A DNA stretch of 64,000 bases, taken from Phenylobacterium aquaticum (GTDB taxonomy: Bacteria > Pseudomonadota > Alphaproteobacteria > Caulobacterales > Caulobacteraceae). The notes under the pieces are model-generated. The model did no database searches and was not told the origin of the DNA. It saw only the letters and a list, made by a program, of their open reading frames with translations. The stretch is taken from contig CANCJJ010000013.1 in assembly GCA_947378305.1 (NCBI GenBank), positions 10,097 to 74,096 on the forward strand, written 5' to 3'. Shown here one piece after another: positions 62,093 to 64,000 of the stretch. The position numbers were made by a program, and so were the translations under genes. Every line of letters begins with the position of its first letter. The first letter of the stretch is position 1.

Positions 62093-63363
62093 CGATTGAC
62101 GTCTTGATGCCCGCCTTGTCTCCGACCATGGAGGAGGGGACCCTGGCCAAATGGCATGTAAAGGTCGGCGACCAGGTCAGGTCTGGCGACGTTATTGCCG
62201 ACATCGAAACCGACAAGGCGACCATGGAGGTCGAGGCGGTCGATGAGGGGGTTATCGAGGCCCTGCTCGTGCCGGAAGGCACAGAGATGGTGAAGATCAA
62301 CACGCCCATAGCCCGGCTTGCCCAGGACGGTGATATCGGCGTGCAGGCCCCCGCGCCGGAGCCTCCCTCAAAACCCCAGGCGGAGCCTGCGATCGCCATT
62401 AGGCCTTCCCAAAAGGGTGTCGAAGGTCAGGTTTCTGCACCTAGGCCGGCGAGAGCAAATCGGGTTCTTGCCTCGCCTCTGGCGCGACGCATGGCTGAAC
62501 AGATGGGACTTGATCTCACCAGCCTTTCGGGAAGCGGGCCACGCGGTCGGATCATCAAGGTCGATGTCGAGGCCGCAAGGTCGCGCCCGCAATCTGTCCC
62601 GGCGGCAAGTTCAGCCAGCGCAACCCAGATGGCGCGGCCAGTGCTTTCCCTGGCCCAGATGGGGATCGCAGAGGGGAGCTATGATCTCCTCCCGCTGGAC
62701 AATATTCGAAAGACGGTGGCCCGGCGCCTGACTGACAGCTTCCGCGACGTCCCCCATTTCCCGCTGAACATGGACATCAATCTGGACCCACTTCTCAAGG
62801 CCAGAACGGATATCAACCTTGCCCTCGAAGACCGCGGCATAAAGGTCAGCGTCAATGACCTCATTATCAAGGCCGCCGCCATCGCCTTGAAGCAGGTCCC
62901 CGAGGCGAATTCGTCTTTCACGCCAGAGGGAATTGCCCGCCACCATCATGCCGACATTGCCATGGCTGTGGCCATAGACGGGGGACTTATTACCCCAATC
63001 ATCCGCAAGGCAGAGACCAAGGGACTTGCGGAAATCGCCACCGAAACCAAAGATCTGGCCGAGCGGGCTCGCAACCGAAAGCTGCGTCTGGAAGAGTTTC
63101 AGGGAGGCACGTTTTCGATCTCGAACCTTGGCATGTTCGGGATCAAGTCCTTTGCCTCGATCATCAATGAGCCCCAGGGAGCCATACTCTCGGTTGGCGC
63201 TGGCGAGGCCCGGGCGATTGTTAAGGATGGCGTCTTGAGTGTGGCGACAATGATGTCCGTCACCCTGACCTGTGATCACCGGGTGGTGGACGGGGCCATT
63301 GGCGCGAGGTGGCTTGCCGCCTTCAAGGCCCTGATCGAGTCGCCCCTGATCATGGTGACCTAA
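62089..63363 (+). CDS. pdhC: dihydrolipoamide acetyltransferase (PDH E2)
   Basis: Lipoyl domain ([12 protein letters not shown]), peripheral subunit-binding domain ([25 protein letters not shown]), catalytic domain with CDHRVVDGA. Confidence 0.92.
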   Translation: MTIDVLMPALSPTMEEGTLAKWHVKVGDQVRSGDVIADIETDKATMEVEAVDEGVIEALLVPEGTEMVKINTPIARLAQDGDIGVQAPAPEPPSKPQAEPAIAIRPSQKGVEGQVSAPRPARANRVLASPLARRMAEQMGLDLTSLSGSGPRGRIIKVDVEAARSRPQSVPAASSASATQMARPVLSLAQMGIAEGSYDLLPLDNIRKTVARRLTDSFRDVPHFPLNMDINLDPLLKARTDINLALEDRGIKVSVNDLIIKAAAIALKQVPEANSSFTPEGIARHHHADIAMAVAIDGGLITPIIRKAETKGLAEIATETKDLAERARNRKLRLEEFQGGTFSISNLGMFGIKSFASIINEPQGAILSVGAGEARAIVKDGVLSVATMMSVTLTCDHRVVDGAIGARWLAAFKALIESPLIMVT

Positions 63364-63378
63364 AAGGCCTACGCCCCC

Positions 63379-64000
63379 CTAGGCCACCTTGCGTCCGTCG
63401 GCGTCGGCCATGCGCTGGATCGCGACATAGTCCGTCTTACCTGTCCCCAGGACGGGCACTTCCGGCACCTTGATGATCCGCCTGGGCACCGCCAGCTCGG
63501 GCGCGCCAACAGATTTCGCATGGGTGAGCAGGGACCCCGTACTCGCATCGCCCTGGTCAGTCACCAGAACCAGACGTTCGCCTTTTTTCGGGTCAGGCAT
63601 GGAGATGACGGCATGTCGGGCCTCTGGCCATACGGCAATGGCAAGGTCTTCGGCGGCCGTAAGTGAAACCATCTCTCCCCCGATCTTGGCAAAACGTTTG
63701 ACCCGACCCAGGATTGTGATCCACTTGTCCTCGCTCATGACAACGACGTCGCCGGTATCATGCCAGCCATCTTCGAGGGTCTCGATCGATCCGTCGGGCT
63801 TGAGATATCCGGCCATGACATTGCCGCCCCGGACAAAAAGGCGACTACCGCCCAGGATCCCCTCGACGGGCTCAAGCCGGGTTTCGATACCCGGCAGCAG
63901 GCCACCCACAGTTCCGCGACGGTTATCTGTCGGCTTGTTGACCGCAATGACCGGGGCGGCCTCCGTCGCGCCATAGCCCTCCAGAACCGGAACATTGCCG
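63379..64000 (-). CDS. AMP-dependent synthetase/ligase, Aas-like acyl-ACP synthetase C-terminal part (5' end outside window)
   Basis: The frame is open to the window edge: ...LEGYGATEAAPVIAVN...GTVGGLLPGIE...GWHDTGD...RVKRFAKIGGEMVSL...VPVLGTGKTDY (adenylate-forming A8-A10 motifs). Confidence 0.75.
   Translation of the reverse strand, partial: GNVPVLEGYGATEAAPVIAVNKPTDNRRGTVGGLLPGIETRLEPVEGILGGSRLFVRGGNVMAGYLKPDGSIETLEDGWHDTGDVVVMSEDKWITILGRVKRFAKIGGEMVSLTAAEDLAIAVWPEARHAVISMPDPKKGERLVLVTDQGDASTGSLLTHAKSVGAPELAVPRRIIKVPEVPVLGTGKTDYVAIQRMADADGRKVA

Overview
This is a GC-rich (by eye, not computed) core chromosomal segment of an alphaproteobacterium with Caulobacter-type gene order. Nearly all of it is housekeeping.

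Gene order, 5' to 3':
- nuoD' (5' truncated) to nuoN, with two small extra ORFs embedded
- birA-coaX-RNase J, methylmalonyl-CoA epimerase, DUF1467, lolC/E-lolD, dnaE
- rpsB-tsf-pyrH-frr-uppS-cdsA-dxr-rseP-bamA-skp-lpxD-fabZ-lpxA-lpxI-lpxB
- gltA and gltX (minus), comEC, lexA (minus), trpC-trpD-trpG (minus)
- a plus-strand MFP/ABC/FtsX/FtsX exporter module
- trpE and ppiD (minus), tpiA-secG-pyrG, rpmF, an enoyl-CoA hydratase (minus), eno
- ftsB-pdhA-pdhB-(GFA-family ORF)-pdhC, and a 5' truncated Aas-like AMP-ligase (minus)

I found no rRNA, tRNA, CRISPR array, transposase, integrase or phage gene, and no convincing wholly new multi-gene system.

The best lead is hidden from the ORF track. A 29-codon hydrophobic ORF with a good Shine-Dalgarno sits behind tandem GAAC-N7-GAAC (alphaproteobacterial LexA) boxes, directly upstream of dnaE. 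This suggests a SidA/TisB-like SOS peptide.

Secondary leads:
- a lineage-specific MacAB/Lol-hybrid exporter splitting the trp genes
- small accessory ORFs translationally coupled inside the nuo and pdh operons
- a His-rich NuoL loop
- several intercistronic hairpins

All family calls come from motif recognition by eye. No searches were run.
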